A model generated the notes under the pieces. The model made no database searches, was not told where the DNA came from, and saw nothing but the letters and a program-made list of their open reading frames with translations. A stretch of 55,627 bases of DNA, the filler included, from Bipalium vagum (taxonomy: Eukaryota): NCBI GenBank assembly GCA_037834085.1. It is 3 parts of 3 records of this genome, joined end to end, with 100 filler letters (N's around TTAATTAATTAA, not from the genome) between each part and the next. Parts side by side here need not be neighbours in the genome. Positions count along the whole stretch, not along the records: positions 39,097 to 55,627 come from JBBMKC010099697.1; 2 more parts are not named here. One strand, written 5' to 3'. Below, in pieces: positions 53,501 to 55,627 of the stretch (position 1 is the stretch's first letter; every line of letters starts with the position of its first letter). A program made the translations under genes and the position numbers.

Positions 53501-53995
53501 TCATTTAATAATTTTAAATCGACCCCTCAACAGATGATAAACGTATGAAAAAAGATTTTGATAAATCAAATTGCCCAGATTTTCACAGAGAATCCGATAT
53601 TGAGGTGCAACAAATTTAAAATTGAAAATTTGAAATGGAAGCCAAAAGCTTACTTCGATTTCGTAAAGGGTGAAAATGAAGGATTTTATGTCATTTTTGA
53701 TAGATTTGAAACTTCTTCCTTCAAAAAAACCCCGAGCAGTGATGTACGTTGACAATGTCAATGGAATATTTACAGTGGCGTCGAAAAAGATTTTGATGAA
53801 CACGGTTTTCCAAGAGTGGCCAACGAACAGCTTGTCGATGATCATATAGTAGTTGTGACTGACGCAACCCATGCATGCCAATGATTTTGAATGAAGAACA
53901 GTTCGTTCAGAATCCCATCGAAATATCTTATTTTCTAAATGACAATGAAAAACGTTCAGTTTGAAAAAGGGTTCTTTTTTGAAATAGTTAAACAT
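53501..53995 (-). CDS. MPV17L2: Mpv17/PMP22 family membrane protein (MPV17L2-like, divergent); may be the terminal exon (about 53501-53934) of a spliced gene
   Basis: Intact 164-codon ORF with the family pattern: WDxxRT, HxYYxxIDKLFxG, KIFFD, GFFEGRS, LYxxxxxFWLPFQIFNFKFVAPQYRIL and NLxxLIY..FSY..H. The first TM helix is absent, and a plausible acceptor (TTTTTCATTGTCATTTAG) precedes ENKIFRWD. Orthology to MPV17L2 is tentative. Confidence 0.8.
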   Translation of the reverse strand: MFNYFKKEPFFKLNVFHCHLENKIFRWDSERTVLHSKSLACMGCVSHNYYMIIDKLFVGHSWKTVFIKIFFDATVNIPLTLSTYITARGFFEGRSFKSIKNDIKSFIFTLYEIEVSFWLPFQIFNFKFVAPQYRILCENLGNLIYQNLFSYVYHLLRGRFKIIK

Positions 53996-55627
53996 AAATG
54001 AAAAAAATAATTTTTGTAATTTCCGTCAAATAATAAAAATCAATAATCTCTACATCATAATATTTATTTTTCTTTTTATACATTTTATAAATATCCCTTT
54101 GAAAACGAAAGTGAAGATTGCGAAATAATTATCCTGTGTAAGGTTTCCCTTGTATTTTAAATATTTTCGATGGTTATTATTATGTTTGATCAGTAAATAT
54201 TTATGAAATATGGATGTTTACATTGCTCTGGACATTTGTTAAATATAAATAAATAATTTTTAAAATGATTACAATAGAGATTTTTTTTGTACTACTGTAA
54301 CGACATACTTTCACCGTAAACCATAATTTTAAGAAAAATAATTTCATTTTCATTATTTTTGTTATATTTTATATTGAAATTTTTTATTTTATATTTTCGA
54401 TATTTGGTATAGTCAACCGTGTGTGTCTTTATAATTTCAACGATTTTGGCGCGTTTTTTATCATAGAATCTGTAATTAAACTTAAAGGTTTTTTCATTCA
54501 ATTACATATTCTACAATTAACTAGGTTTATTTACCTGTTTCTAAAACGTCTATAAAATGAATAATAGTAGAAGACTGGCCATCACCTCAGAAGTTTGTAC
54601 AAAATAATCCGACTACATACTACTTGTGTAGTTCGAATATTTGTCATCGACGTACTTAGAGTCCTGAATCAAAAATGTTAAAAATATATTTAAGTAAATC
54701 AAGATGTCAGATCGAACTTGAATTCAGATAAGTAGGGACTATTTCAATAGAAAGTTCCCTTTGTCATTTCTTAGTTGACCTCGAGATTTTATCGTTTTTG
54801 TTTAAATTAAGAAAATTGGAGTTTGGGATATTTTCTATTTTATTACAAATGCGAAATTGATTTTCATTCAATTTCATCTGGGTTGTAAAGGTTAATATTT
54901 CTTTCCAAAAATTTATTCATTATATTTTAAGTGAAAGATTTTTTTATTTTACTATTCACTTTGATAAAACAATGCAAAAATATGAAAGAAAACGGAAATG
55001 GTTTTTTATACTCCATTGAACAGAAATCCATTTAGAAAAACCAAGAATTTTATAAATAATTACAAATTAAAATGAGATTTTTCGCTGGAGAAAATATATA
55101 ATAATTATTAAGGAAAAATTAATTAATTGTTTTAATTTCTTCTAAAATCTTACGTATAGGTACATATGTGTGTATGAAAGTGTACGTAGAGGCGTATGTA
55201 GAAAAACCTAGCAAAATTTGTTTTCAGGTAATTTAATTTAATTTATACTGTATAATAAATTGAAAAACTGTATTAATTTACGTTTCCCATAAAACTTTCG
55301 GAATAATCTTGTGCGACCTTATCTTGATCTTTCTGAGTATTGGGTCTAATTGTAAATCTGATTGATTTTTTCGAAATTAATTTTAACTTGTTTAATAATT
55401 AAGATTGCTTATTGCCTGGGTTCTGGCCTCATAGTTTTTAATTATTTCAGTTCATTGCAGAGTCTTCCTAGACTAAATATTACTGCTACGTAGAAGTAAT
55501 TTATTAATAATTCATTAATTATGGTTTCATTTCATAACTTTTTATAAGGAAAATTAATTTATTATTTATAGTTTTTTCTATCAATCAAATCTGCATAAAA
55601 CATTAAATAATAAAATATTTTTAAATG

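Noticed and set aside
1-55627. Prokaryotic systems (CRISPR array, defence island, operon)
   Set aside because: No regularly spaced repeats, very low coding density, and eukaryotic TE and microsatellite content throughout.

Overview
Very AT-rich eukaryotic (most likely invertebrate animal) draft-assembly DNA, not prokaryotic. There are no operons, rRNA, tRNA or CRISPR arrays. Only one host protein-coding region is recognisable: a divergent Mpv17/PMP22-family (MPV17L2-like) ORF or exon at 53501-53995 on the minus strand. Most of the non-low-complexity sequence is a graveyard of decayed DNA transposons: mariners resembling at least four subfamilies, Tc1 and Tc1-like elements, pogo/Tigger/Tc2-like remnants, a Chapaev3-type (CMC) element and several MITE-sized derivatives. 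There is also a probable Penelope-like retroelement remnant ending in a hammerhead-ribozyme core. A CpG-rich island with no recognisable TE at about 9.4-10.1 kb carries clustered TALE/Hox-type motifs and looks like a promoter or enhancer. Two 100-bp artificial spacers (44N-TTAATTAATTAA-44N) and one 135-N gap break the window. Most ORF-track entries are TE fragments or chance ORFs. I found no convincing novel multi-gene system. Family assignments come from recalled motifs, not from database searches.
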